Assembly: GCF_000150275.1 (NCBI RefSeq)
Contig: NW_002060973.1
Coordinates: 353,004-417,003 of the forward strand
Source: Trichoplax adhaerens
Taxonomy: Eukaryota > Animalia > Placozoa
Reading direction: 5' to 3'
Length of the DNA stretch: 64,000 nt
Part shown: in pieces, positions 52,301 through 64,000 of the stretch
Layout of the letters: each line of letters begins with the position of its first letter
Position numbering within the stretch: the stretch's first letter is position 1
Notes under the pieces: generated by a model
The model's database searches: none
Seen by the model: only the letters and a program-made list of their open reading frames with translations
What the model was told of the DNA's origin: nothing
Position numbers and translations under genes: made by a program

Positions 52301-55300
52301 TAAAGTTCCAATTTTCTACAAATTTTGGATTTTCACGATCGGTTATGTCTCAGTAATATACGAGGCTTCTAAACTTTATCTTGCCTGCTAGTAAAGGGAA
52401 AGTTTTCCTGATAGAGTAGATATTATTCACTGATACGTGGTTTAGGAAATCTACACACTGATTATACACATTACATTATCTTGTTGCAAAGCTGTTTCGT
52501 AACATTATATGCAGCGCAATGATGACAAATTTATTATATTATAAATTACATTATAATAATCGCAATATTTGATACAATTTAAGCTGTAGTAATGATAATT
52601 TAAGTTGCAGATCTATCTTTTAAAAATAAGCATTGATTTATATTATACCGACAGATCTGTTATTGTTAAGATTAATTTAATTCCTTGAGACCATAAAACT
52701 TTCTCGTAGATAGCCTTGCGTGTGACCTGATGCTTTCCGTTGTTTCGTGCGTATTAGCTATAATCACTAGCTAGCAATGAAGAGAATTTTTTGCTCAATA
52801 AATGGTTTCGAATAGTTTGAAATGCCTGCACGACTTATGATAACGTATAGCTGAACATGAGTGAAGATCGTCAGTTGACAGATATAATAGTGCGCAAAAA
52901 ATATGAAGTAACTCTGATTTTAGGGGTTTAAACCTGACTAAACCTGAATTAAGTAGAATGAAAACTTTGATTCACAACGAAGATCATGCCGTATATAAAG
53001 CGTTATATGCAAAAATATAGCTAAAACATTTTGGAAGTTTTAACTTTTCTTGCTGTATCTCATAATTATAATAGCTTTACAATGTCCTCAAACTTGCCAA
53101 TGCTCAAGTATTTCTACAATGCAATGTCAAAATCCCCTAATGAGCACTTTTCCTGTGTTTGAGGCAAATGTGGTCAACATAACAAAATTGTACGTATAAT
53201 GCCAATAATTCTTCTGCATAAAGCTTAATAATCGATATAGATATTTAACATTGGTCGGAATTTTGTATCAAAGTTTACTTTATATAAAATCATGTCATTG
53301 CAATAAATATTGTAATTATATTTCAAAGTATACAATTTAATTTTCATTATTATTCCTATAAATACGGCCATCAAACTCTGGAAATAGATATATTTTCGGT
53401 ACAGGCATCCGACATATATACAAAAACAATTTGTTCCATTATTTAAAACTGACATCACTGTAAGTCAAAAATGTTGTACTATCTGTTATAAAAATCAAAT
53501 TAGCATACTGCTTAAGATATGTGCAACATACCGGTAATAATTAAATTTAATAAGTTATAGATTAAAGACAAAGGATATACTCTACTAAATCTCTGAAGCA
53601 ACATTTACTGCTTGACTTAGATATTTATATAATAACAAGATAGCAAGTATTGAAGATGGAGCGTTTTCAAATTTAAATATATTACGAACATTGTAAGTAA
53701 CTCTTTGACTAAACCAGGAATCAGCTATAATAAAAGTTATTTTTTTTATAAAAAATAAATCACATTTTAATTATAGTGATGCATCCGTGGAGTTTATTGC
53801 TGTTTTGAATTTACAGATTGTATATTTACATAATTATTTTAATTAATTTGAAATTGATTAACGCTGTAGGTCTTTGTTTGGGAATCAACTGATGGTTTTA
53901 AATTCTTCTAAAACATTTACGGGCTTGACAAATTTGAAATATTTGTAAGTTAGATAGAAGTGAACTTAAATATAGAACCAATTCGTTTGTCAAACCATTA
54001 TGGAAGTATCTGAATCGAATAAGAATCACTAGCTTACTTTTTACTAGCAATTTTAATTCTAATTAAAGGTTTTCTTTCTGCTTCGGATATTTACAAAGAT
54101 TATTAAATTTTATAATTGGAGCGTAAAATAAAATATTCTTCTATTACATATTATCTTTAAAATAAGAGATTTGTATCAGAAGCACCGCATTCATAGCTGA
54201 TACTACTACTACTTAGATCATTATGGGATCTAGAATTGGCTTATTCGGTACCACTTATAAATGTTTACATCGTAATTTAGAATTAATTTAATTTCCATAG
54301 ATATTTGCGAAGTAATAAAATACAAATCATCGAAGGCGACATATTCGCAAGCTTGAATAATTTACAAAAGTTGTAAGTTTTGGTGATATTAAATAAAGAT
54401 ATGGTGAGAATGAATATTTATTGTAAGGAAATGCAGCGAGTTTATACCGTTATGCCCTATATACAACTAGTAATAGAAGATGATATGGTATTTATATATG
54501 CTAATAGAATTATGAGTTAAAATAAAATGTAGATTATATAAATTTCATTTGATTAATTATAAAATGGAGTCTGTATTGTATTTCATTATATTACTTAATG
54601 CAAATAGTACCTTCCTTGACTAATTTACGCTGATTAGACATGTAGTTGTTTAGAAAAGTTATATATAGTTAGCGTTATTGATTAATGACATCAACTATCG
54701 TATGGACTATAATTAGTTGTTTTATTAAGATAAATGTATCTACTAGTTCGATGCCACAGGCGGGATTAGTTGACATAGACACGAAGGAATACTAAATTAG
54801 AATAATGTAAAAGTATACAAGCACACGGTATATTCGTATTTATCGATTTTATGAAGCCTAAATTAAGACTTGTGTCAACCGTAATTGCATTACAAGAAAT
54901 CTTACTATGCAAACTTTCTCTACCTGTATTTTATAACTACTGTATAACACTAACAGTAACCGTTATATAGGGCGTTTCTACTCAAATAACTTCATTAAAT
55001 TTAGTAGTCAATTCCGTAATCGTCTATCATAGCAAAGTCTACAGTACACAAACGCAGTAATGGGAGATACGTAAAAAAGATAATCAATATATTTTTCTCT
55101 CTCTCTTTTTGGCTATTTACCATATGTTGGTATGCTTTCAAAAATTTACAAATAGACTACAGTAACATTTAATTATCACAAGAACTTAACGTAAAATATC
55201 CATTATCGCTAAATTTTAATGCTAAATATCAATTATTGCAATATCTTAGTACAAGATATCCTTTAATTATTACTATAACTTTTGTCACAATGTGAAAATT

Positions 55301-58300
55301 GGACTCGAATTAGATTAGTATCTGGAGATCTAAGTTCGTAAAATTTTAACTTTATTTCTAAAAGTGATCCTCATTATATACATCACTGACTACACATAAA
55401 CAAATCATTATCGATAATATCAGTCTTAACTTAGAAATAAAGAGGTTGATAAACACAAAAACATATGCTCTTAGATAAATCTAATTCAGCATCACCTCTC
55501 ATCTAAACCAACTATTCACACCATTGATATTACACTTTTCGTTACAAAAAACTAGTGAACACTTTATACTAAATTTAGGGTTTTAATCAAACAAACTGGC
55601 TATATACTTGTATGTAAGCTTTCTAAACATCTACATGTCTAACTATAATAATCTAACCTAAGAAAGCCCTGTTTACGATACGTAATTTTACAAAATACGA
55701 ATAATTTAATGCAAAATATTAATTGGCATATGTCACAAACCAACTTCGTGACAAAGATAACTTAAAAAAAAATCTCTAAATTACTATAGTCTCTGGGATT
55801 CAGCATCCCTTAACTACCTCACAAGAATTTAGACGCCTTTGCTTCTACGTTAAAACAACTATATAACTCTTCTTTTATTCAACTATCTGCCGAGCTTAAA
55901 CACCCTTCGGCAGCAGCTATCATGTATGAGTCACAACAGTTCATGAAATTTAGCTCATATTGGATAGCCAAATTAATACAGACATTATTCATAATTTAGA
56001 CATGTACTGAATGATTCTAGATAATTAGACTACAGTATGTCCACACGCAGAATTATTTATAGTATCATCTATAATTGAATATCTTCAGGATATTCATCAC
56101 AAGCGTTACAAGACATAACACTGTAATCAATTAATATTAGTTACCTTATGAGAACTCTTACTATAGTACAGCATAATTTACTATAATAAAATAATAATTA
56201 CTGTAGTTCTTACTGTAACTCATTATTAGTTATCGACATATATAAATATGAAACACCGCATTTAGTCATTTACTCTTCACTGTGGTTCATACAGTGACAG
56301 CATAATATTTTAATGTAAGACATCCATTATCACCGTACTTTAACATAATCCAATTCTATTTTCTCGCCTTTAGTATTATGATATTATGACAGCGGAATAT
56401 GCATTAGATTATGAGAAACTCTTTGAGAAATAAAGCCAGCTAGAAGAATTAGCACTGCAGAGATTTTTTAAGTTTCCTAATTTGAAATAATTATTTATGA
56501 CAACTCTGCATCAATTTAAGAAATTATAACTTTACTAATTTATATGAAAGCCCATATCCTCTACTGCTTGATTATTTCGATAATCTATTTAGATTATTTA
56601 TTATTCACAATTGGTGCAGGTATTTGAATGAAAATATGTTGAAGTCTTTAAGTTCTCCCAGAATCTTTTATGGGCTAAAAAGCTTGAAGAATTTGTAAGT
56701 AAGATATTCATCAAATGAACAAGATCGTGAAGACTCAATTAATCTCATCTGAATAAATTTAACACAAAACATGGCTATAACTGAATGGCTATTCTAAATA
56801 TTCGCTAATTATTTCATTTGCTTTAACATATTATTTATTTCGAGATATAATATCAAAGGGCGAATACTTTATCGATAATAATCAGTAGTAATTAAAATGG
56901 AGAATTTAAGAAATTGATAACTTTAATAGTGCTGCTAACTCCAATCCCTTTACAATCTAAAATCTTAATAGATTTTAGATTAGAATACCGCAGATTGAAG
57001 GTATTATCTTCATTCAATCAGATATTTGCATAAAAATTACATCGAAAAAATTGAAAATGGAACATTTGCAAGCTTGCAAAGCCTATCGAAACTGTAAGTC
57101 TTTATAAAGGGCACATTGACTACTGATATTTTATCAGCTCAATTTACGGATATGACATCAGATATGTTGTAACAGGCATCGATTTATAGATACTGGCATA
57201 ATGAGTTGAGTATATAATTTCAACTCTGTAATTGTCATTACCAACTAATCAAAATTAGTGCATACCACAATGTCACTAGGCAATTTACTATACTGGAGTA
57301 TATCTTCTATGGTAAACTTCCTAATCGATTGATATTCGTAGTCAATACATTAAGTCTTCAGCTTGAAACAAAATCACAAATCTAATCTATTAACCATATC
57401 AGCAAGCATTTAAATAGATATTTTAAGCGTATAGCAGGTTTGACTACTCATAATCTCGTAGGGCTGCAATATAACAATTTTTAGGTGATATTTAACTCAA
57501 GTATTCCCTTCAGGACTTCTGTGGACTCTAGTATAGTCCTGTTAAATAAACAATTAATATGTGAAATATCCTAGATTACCCGTACTTTCTATCTAATACA
57601 TTTAGCATTAGACTTTTAATCTAGAACATTTAAAATTTATGTCTAAGTTTACCAATCAGGTTCATAATACTTCAGAAAATAAGAATAATATCTGCTTTTA
57701 AATTATTCGATTTGACTTATTTCTAAGGCTGTACTTAAAATGCATTTTCAAATCTTATGAAAGTAATGGCTTGCAAAGTTCTAGACTTCAATATCAGATT
57801 TGTAATAAACAGTTCACGCAGTAGATAGAATAAAATCTTGCTAATCAGTAATTTGATGCTCATTCTTGAAGATGTATATAGATTATGTCAAATGTAATCG
57901 TCGTAGGTAATCGAATAAATTAAAGTAAAGTGTATTGAAATTGTACTGTACATAAAATATGGTATTGTATAAACACTACAAAGGTCTACCTTTATTTATT
58001 TAGGTATCTATACGAAAATAAAATAGAAAAGATTGCAGATGGAACTTTTACGCAACTGTCTAAACTGTATCAAATGTAAATATTGAATTCTAGAAATCGC
58101 GGATATAAATTTAGACCGTATCTATTTCATCATCTTAACTTTAGAATCTCTATTGACTTTTACATTGTCTTGTGTCAACAACTATTATAGATCGTTACAC
58201 AAAAATTCGTTAACCTCATTAAGTCCTGGAATGTTTCAAGGGTTACAAAATTTGCGTTACTTGTAAGCTACTATATATAGATAGATAGATACTAGCTAAT

Positions 58301-61300
58301 TGATAGTTCTTGGGCAAGTCATTTTACATATAACTGTTAATCTTAATGTTATCAATAACAATAATATTTTAGTTATTAGTTCTATATAAGATTTAATCCA
58401 CTCATCTATGAGAAAACGTGTTTAGGCTTAATTATTATTAATTTAATAACCAACTACCTACGTCTAAACTACTTGTTAAAATAACGCTACGGATCTAAGT
58501 TATCCTTTATCAGCGTTCAATCACTTTTCATAATAATACGCACAGTATATAGTTTTAATGTGATGCTTATCCTTCAATATGCAATATGGATTTAATTTAA
58601 TTAATCGTTTAACTCATCGAACAAATTAAAGTAAAGTGTATTGAAATTGTACTGTACATAAAATATGATATTGTATAAACACTACAAAGGTCTACCTTTA
58701 TTTATTTAGGTATCTATACGAAAATAAAATAGAAAAGATTGCAGATGGAACTTTTACGCAACTGTCTAAACTGTATCAAATGTAAATATTGAATTCTAGA
58801 AATCGCGGATATAAATTTAGACCGTATCTATTTCATCATCTTAACTTTAGAATCTCTATTGATTTTTACATTGTCTTGTGTCAACGACTATTACAGATCG
58901 TTACACAAAAATTCGTTAACCTCATTAAGTCCTGGAATGTTTCAAGGGTTACAAAATTTGCGTTACTTGTAAGCTACTATATAGATAAATAGATACTAGC
59001 TAATTGAGAGTTCTTGGGCAAGTCATTTTACATATAACTGTTAATCTTAATATCGTCAATAATTAATAGAAATGTTTATGAGAAAACGTGTTTTTAAGTT
59101 TAATGGTTTCTATTTTAATAACTAAGTACCTACATCTAAATTACTCATTACAATTGCATTACTTGTAAGCTTCACGTGCGTATAAGAATAGAATTAGATA
59201 AGAAATGATCTTCAAATCTATTAATTACTGAACATAACCAAAAATGAATTAGAAAATATTTGTGCTGTAATTACTGCCACCTGTGATATTTATATGGTCT
59301 TTTGAAAACTACCAAATTAGTTAATAAGTCTAAGCTGCTGAATTTTAATTTCATGAATTTTAAAATATTAAAACTTTGATAAATAAATGTATCTCACTTT
59401 ACAGATATAAACAGCTCGAGTGGATTGAATCTGTAGATAACTATTTTTGGGTGACTTATGAATTTTTATCTTTCATTCAGATACTTAGGCCAAAATAAGA
59501 TAGAAAAGATAGCAGACAGAACTTTCGCTAAACTCTACCATTTATACCACCTGTAAGTTATCATGTTATTTGATATTCAGTCTCAGTTATAAATTTGATG
59601 ACTTTAAAGTAAATTGAAATCCCTTTGTGAATATATCTAGCGACTTGAAGTGCAAATTTCAGAACGGATATTCGCTTTTTGATTTATGTTATCTAAATGA
59701 TTAAATATAATATTTCTATTCATATACTCGTGTAATATAGAAATTTAGAACAAAACTTGTTAACTGACTTAAATTCTCAGCAAATGTTCGATGGATTGTC
59801 ATTTTTAAAGTATCTGTAAGTTAAATGCCTTAGGACTAGAAAATTTACCAATTAGAATCTAATCAAGCAGTCGATGTTAACCTAGTTTATAAAATTTCAT
59901 AATTTGTTTTTATTTTGACTTCTAAATAATATCAGCAACAATGCTGCTTTGATTTATATATTCTTTGCAATAAAATAATTGTGATAGGTTAGCGCGAGAT
60001 AACAGAAGTAAAATTAACTCTATTCTTTCAGTTTGGTTTATTTGTCCAGGAACACTTTCATATCTACAGTTTAAAATATTGCTATTGCATTAAGGAGAAA
60101 TATTAATGAAATTTAAGCACTTAATAAATGGCGATGCGATATATATTTACTAATCAAACGTTAATCTTATAATTTTAGTTACATGAGCGAAAATAAAATA
60201 AAAAGCATTAAAGACGGACTTTTTTCAAGCTTTAAAGGGCTCAACTTACTGTACGTATAAAATAAAACGGCTTTAAATCATTTTAGTGATACAAAATTGC
60301 CAATATTTTAACTTGGAACTTATTCTCCATTTTCCTCTGATGATGTACGATACAGATGCTTGAAAGGAAATTTGATACAAACTTTCACGTCTCCAGGCGT
60401 ATTTCAAGGATTGACGAACTTGACAGATTTGTAAGTTATATTTAGATGTATGTCATCGACACAAAGCAGCTTGGCGACAAGATTTACGTAAAAACAATTT
60501 TAATTTCTATAGTTTTCGGGAAGCAGTATCCTTTAATTAATCACAAGAACTGAGACACCTTTACTTATGCGTTACAAAACTATAGAATTAATTTTATTCA
60601 ATGACCTGTCGAAAGTTTAAATACCTTTTGGTAGTAGCTAACTTTGATGAATCGTCTCACAACAGTATTTATCGATAAGTACATTTACTGTCTGATTTTA
60701 CCTAATCAGACAACAGTATATCCACTCTCGGAGTCTTTCAATACACCTATAATCTACCCTTAGTTAGAATTTCGATTAGAACAGCTTGTAATTTCTTCCA
60801 GTACTACATAAGAATTACATAATAATACAATATATAATTTATTGTAACGCATTATAACTTCAGTAACTTTTACTGTGAGCAACTAAATGTAATCATAATA
60901 TATGAATGTTATTAATTCAGTAAATTTAGCCATTTAATTCTTCACGATAGTTTGTACAGCTACTGCCAATAAGTGTATATATTTGTTATATTAGTCGTAC
61001 TCTATTTACATCTAAATGTTGATTTTTTTAAATGCAAAATGCATACTTACAAATATAAAAGTGATATTATTTGAAGAGAAGTGTTGTATGTTAAGGTGTA
61101 ATATTCAGTGATTGTTAATGCTTGATAACAGTTTCCGCTCAAATAAATGATAGCATTCAGCTAAACTTTCAATGTTTTTTTCGTAAGAAAAATGTGCTGA
61201 CTTTCAAGAAATATAGAAAATCGTTATACCCACTATGACATATTTTATTTCTAATCATATTCTGATCTGGTTAAAATCTAAAAAAGTTACAATTGAAATT

Positions 61301-63945
61301 TGTGTAGCAATATGACAGTGTTAAATACTGTATTAGAGTAGCAATATCTATGTTATGATAATTTTGTTAGCCTATCCTTATTTAGTTAACTTCTAATTTG
61401 GATATACTGTGTTTTAATATAGCACTGACTTTTTATGACAGAGACACATATACACATACTGAAATTAATAGTTATAATAGGGAATGCAAATCGTCTACTT
61501 ACAGTTCGAATCATTGTGATTGTAACTTACTTATGGTAGATTGTAAATTATCATGAAAATGTTTCGTGATAGGACATATCGTAATCTGACTATTTTGTAT
61601 TAGTCATTACGTGTCTATGCTCGTAAATACTGTTGTCTGCATTAACGGAGCAGAAGCTAAAATTATAATCTAATTCAGTAAATGATTCCAATGTTAATTG
61701 TATTAACTATGACTCCCGAACTATTGAGGAATAGTATATAAATGCAGTATATCGTGTGATAAAGAGGATTCTTAAACTTAGTATTTAACGTAAAATACGA
61801 GGCGTTTAAGTCTTTATGTAGTCTGCTAGTATAACAAAAGTGTTTCTGATAGTGCAGATATCGTTCCTTGATACGTGGTTCAAGGAAATGACTTATTGAT
61901 CGTACACTGCATTATCTTGTTGCAAAGCTGTTTTGTGACAAGGAATAAACGTCTTATTGATATTTTCGTTATTTTAATGGATCAACTCATTATCTTCTTT
62001 TGTCGATTGATGGCGAATATTTTTAGAGAAGTCATACGTAACTATTATCGACGCTGCAATGTAGAAGATAGTTAGAGCAAACTATATTCTTCTGATTATC
62101 TTATAGGAGACTGGACGGAAATAGAATATCGCTTATTGCTGATGGAGTACTGGCACCACTTGGCAATTTAGAGTTTCTGTAAGTTGCTGTAAATCTTGAT
62201 AAGTTTCTCATGTGGCTATTTTACTGCAATTAATTATAATAGCTGCTCCTGAGAGTAATATTCCTTTAATAATAATATAATAAATTGAAGGTTGACTAAA
62301 GATCGATTTACTAACAAACTTTTACATGATTTAGCGCAATTTAAAAATCATATTCCTAATCTTTGTGATCTTATTTGTGACTGATAACGGTAGCAAATTC
62401 GGATTTCTGTTTGTGTAAACTAATCTTAATTGATTAATTTACTTCGTAATAGCTGAGTAATTTTATTAAGTCCAATAAACCACGAGTATCTATCTTTAAT
62501 CGCAAAATTTTCCATCAATAATTACATTATTAAAGTATTGTTTTCGCACCATTACGCAAGAGAAGTAAAATTTAAAGTTTATAGTAAAGCAATACTAAAT
62601 ATCGTACTTTACTTTAGCAAGCACTTTTAGAAATGTCTTTCTAAAGCAGAGAGTAAATTAAGGTCTATGTCTTTATACATACCTAATTTTGCATAATTGC
62701 TCTAACTTACTTAAACACTTAGAAATAAATGATAAAATAAGCTAATTCATGATAGCTACTTAGAATAGCTTAATATTTCTATTCGATATGGTAAAGTCCA
62801 TACTTTTAACACTAAATATGATATTTATTGCTCCAAAATTATAAGTACTTTATAAGATAGCCAGTTTTATCTACATCAATATGGTATAGATTGCTATCAT
62901 GTATGAGAAGTAATAAATGATTGTACTTTTATTCAAGTAACTGAGCAAGATTACGATTCTGATTAAATTAAAGATTACGTTATGAGTAACAGTACAAAAG
63001 TGTTCACTAATAAAACTGATTTCATAGGAACAATGCAGTCAAAGACATATTCTTAAGTTACGGATAATAAATTAACCAAAGTTATTTGTAAGATAGTTGT
63101 TATACAAATAAAGGCAATTTGAGTTATAAAAAGTTATAATCAAATTTCTGTTTTGCGGTTCTTAGTTGTGGAAGTGAACGTGACCGTATGCGAAGTCGGT
63201 CATTTTGCAAACTGCCCTTGTAATTCAGATAATTTGTGACACATACACACTAATAACATACCTTGTAATTCAGAAGTTATTATAACTTATATATGAGGCC
63301 ATTAAATACACATCATGAGATTCATGTTAGGAATAAATCATCCGTTCTACCTAATATTATTTCATTGATCTATTTGCTATCTGGTAATATTTCTATAAAA
63401 TTTTACGCCATCTTCACGTGTAAATCAGGAAATATACAATGAAAACGCTTATATTAGATGCAAAATTATCATAACTAATACTGATAGCAAAGGTACATTT
63501 CTAAACTTTGTTAGATTACCGCAATAGATAATTATGAACAGCGATTCTATAAGAAAGTGAAGATGGCTCTACGAAAAATTTTATAGCCTTAAATATCAGA
63601 ACTTAATTGTATAGCTGCTGATTAGTGTTTATTACTTTATAATATGAGTTGAACTGAACATTTTCTTGTAACGGAACTGATCAAATTTTAGCAATTTAGC
63701 AAACAATGGAATACAAGACTTGCGTTCTATGAGCTTTAGAGGTTTAACTAATTTGACTAATCTGTAAGTAATTAATGAAAATAACCTAGAGTACCTAAGA
63801 CTTCTTATTTGTCATATTTCAATTAACTATAGCATACTGGCATCGATTATTGCTAATCAATTAAACTTATTAGAAATATTATACGGAACAAGATTACTGA
63901 AGTACCTCCCGAAATATTTAGAGATATGCCGAGACTAACAAAGCT
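49378..63945 (+). CDS. Second LRR gene, paralog of gene 1 (probably also an LRR-GPCR); 5' part only, continues past the window
   Basis: Signal exon 49378-49441 (MKLFVILFWSNVFFDSILLVS; 64 nt as in gene 1). LRRNT exon 53075-53189 (CPQTCQC..CQNP..TFP; 115 nt as in gene 1). 17 intact phase-2 LRR exons: 53388-53459, 53621-53692, 53870-53944, 54301-54372, 56620-56694, 57022-57093, 58004-58075, 58191-58262, 58710-58781, 58897-58968, 59481-59552, 59741-59815, 60179-60250, 60356-60430, 62107-62178, 63692-63763, 63874-63945. No 7TM is visible in the window. Confidence 0.85.
50214..50255 (-). mobile_element. Possible Helitron 3' terminus
   Basis: Minus strand hairpin TCTGTCA-gcatcg-TGACGGA, then 8 nt, then CTAG|T. 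It resembles the terminus at 50847. The 5' end was not identified. Confidence 0.4.
50847..51689 (-). mobile_element. Non-autonomous Helitron nested in the LTR
   Basis: Minus strand A|TC...CTAG|T with hairpin CGTCAGCA-A-TGCGACG about 10 nt before CTAG, and no TSD. Removing it restores the host sequence ..ACATTAACTATGA, versus GTATTAACTATGA in copy 3. Confidence 0.75.
51794..52352 (+). mobile_element. Solo LTR family B, copy 3, nested in the family A LTR
   Basis: Reverse complement of the 38633 and 48047 copies. TGT...CA ends, TATATAAG ~52189, AATAAA ~52299, approximate TSD TTAAT/GTAAT. Confidence 0.8.
55731..56129 (-). mobile_element. Old, diverged family-A-related LTR
   Basis: TGTCACAAACCAACTTCGTGACAAAGATAAC resembles the reverse complement of the family A 3' end. 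AGACGCC..TACGTTAAA and TAGACAT..CTGAATGA..ATGTCC blocks are collinear with family A. Confidence 0.55.
57462..57540 (+). pseudogene. Decayed LRR pseudo-exon in gene 2
   Basis: After an AG acceptor it reads LQYNNF*VIFNSSIPF (compare SLQYNTLHDITSPRIFQG). 79 nt, with an in-frame stop and a weak donor. It sits where a 75-nt-type exon is expected. Confidence 0.55.
57911..59062 (+). repeat. Recent 706-bp-period tandem duplication carrying two LRR exons
   Basis: Exon 58004-58075 equals 58710-58781, and 58191-58262 equals 58897-58968. The flanking intron DNA is nearly identical for ~450 bp. Confidence 0.95.
61311..61940 (+). mobile_element. Solo LTR family A, copy 3 (intron of gene 2)
   Basis: TATGACA...TGTGACA ends, flanks AGCAA/AGGAA, TATATAAAT at ~61735. 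Aligns to copy 2. Confidence 0.85.
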
Positions 63946-64000
63946 GTTAGGATTCTATTGCTCACTGATTCTATATCGTAATATTAAGACTTATAATTTA

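Larger units (their letters stand above)
50609..52504 (+). mobile_element. Diverged family A solo LTR split into three pieces by two nested insertions
   Basis: TGTTACA...GTAACA ends, flanks GTATA/TTATA. Segments 50609-50846, 51690-51793 and 52353-52504 are collinear with family A. Confidence 0.75.

Overview
AT-rich, intron-dense animal genomic DNA with GT-AG introns. Gene content and style resemble a placozoan such as Trichoplax, which is inference only. From left to right: (1) a tandem array of palindromic ~140-bp units and GTACT/GTACA low-complexity DNA; (2) a class II phosphatidylinositol transfer protein gene (PITPNC1/RdgB-beta) with an 8-nt micro-exon; (3) possible decayed CUB-domain exons on the minus strand; (4) an apparently complete giant LRR-GPCR gene (19294-45176) with a signal exon, an LRRNT exon, 54 single-LRR phase-2 exons, and a relaxin-receptor-type hinge plus 7TM, ~1,960 aa by my manual splice; (5) a candidate insulin/relaxin-like peptide pseudogene just downstream; (6) a tandem paralogous LRR gene starting at 49378 and running off the window, with LRR exon pairs recently duplicated and one decayed. 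The introns and intergenic DNA carry at least two solo-LTR families with 5-bp TSDs and a nested LTR/Helitron/LTR insertion. The ORF track misses almost all of this because the exons are only 66-81 nt. All exon calls were read by eye, with no database search.
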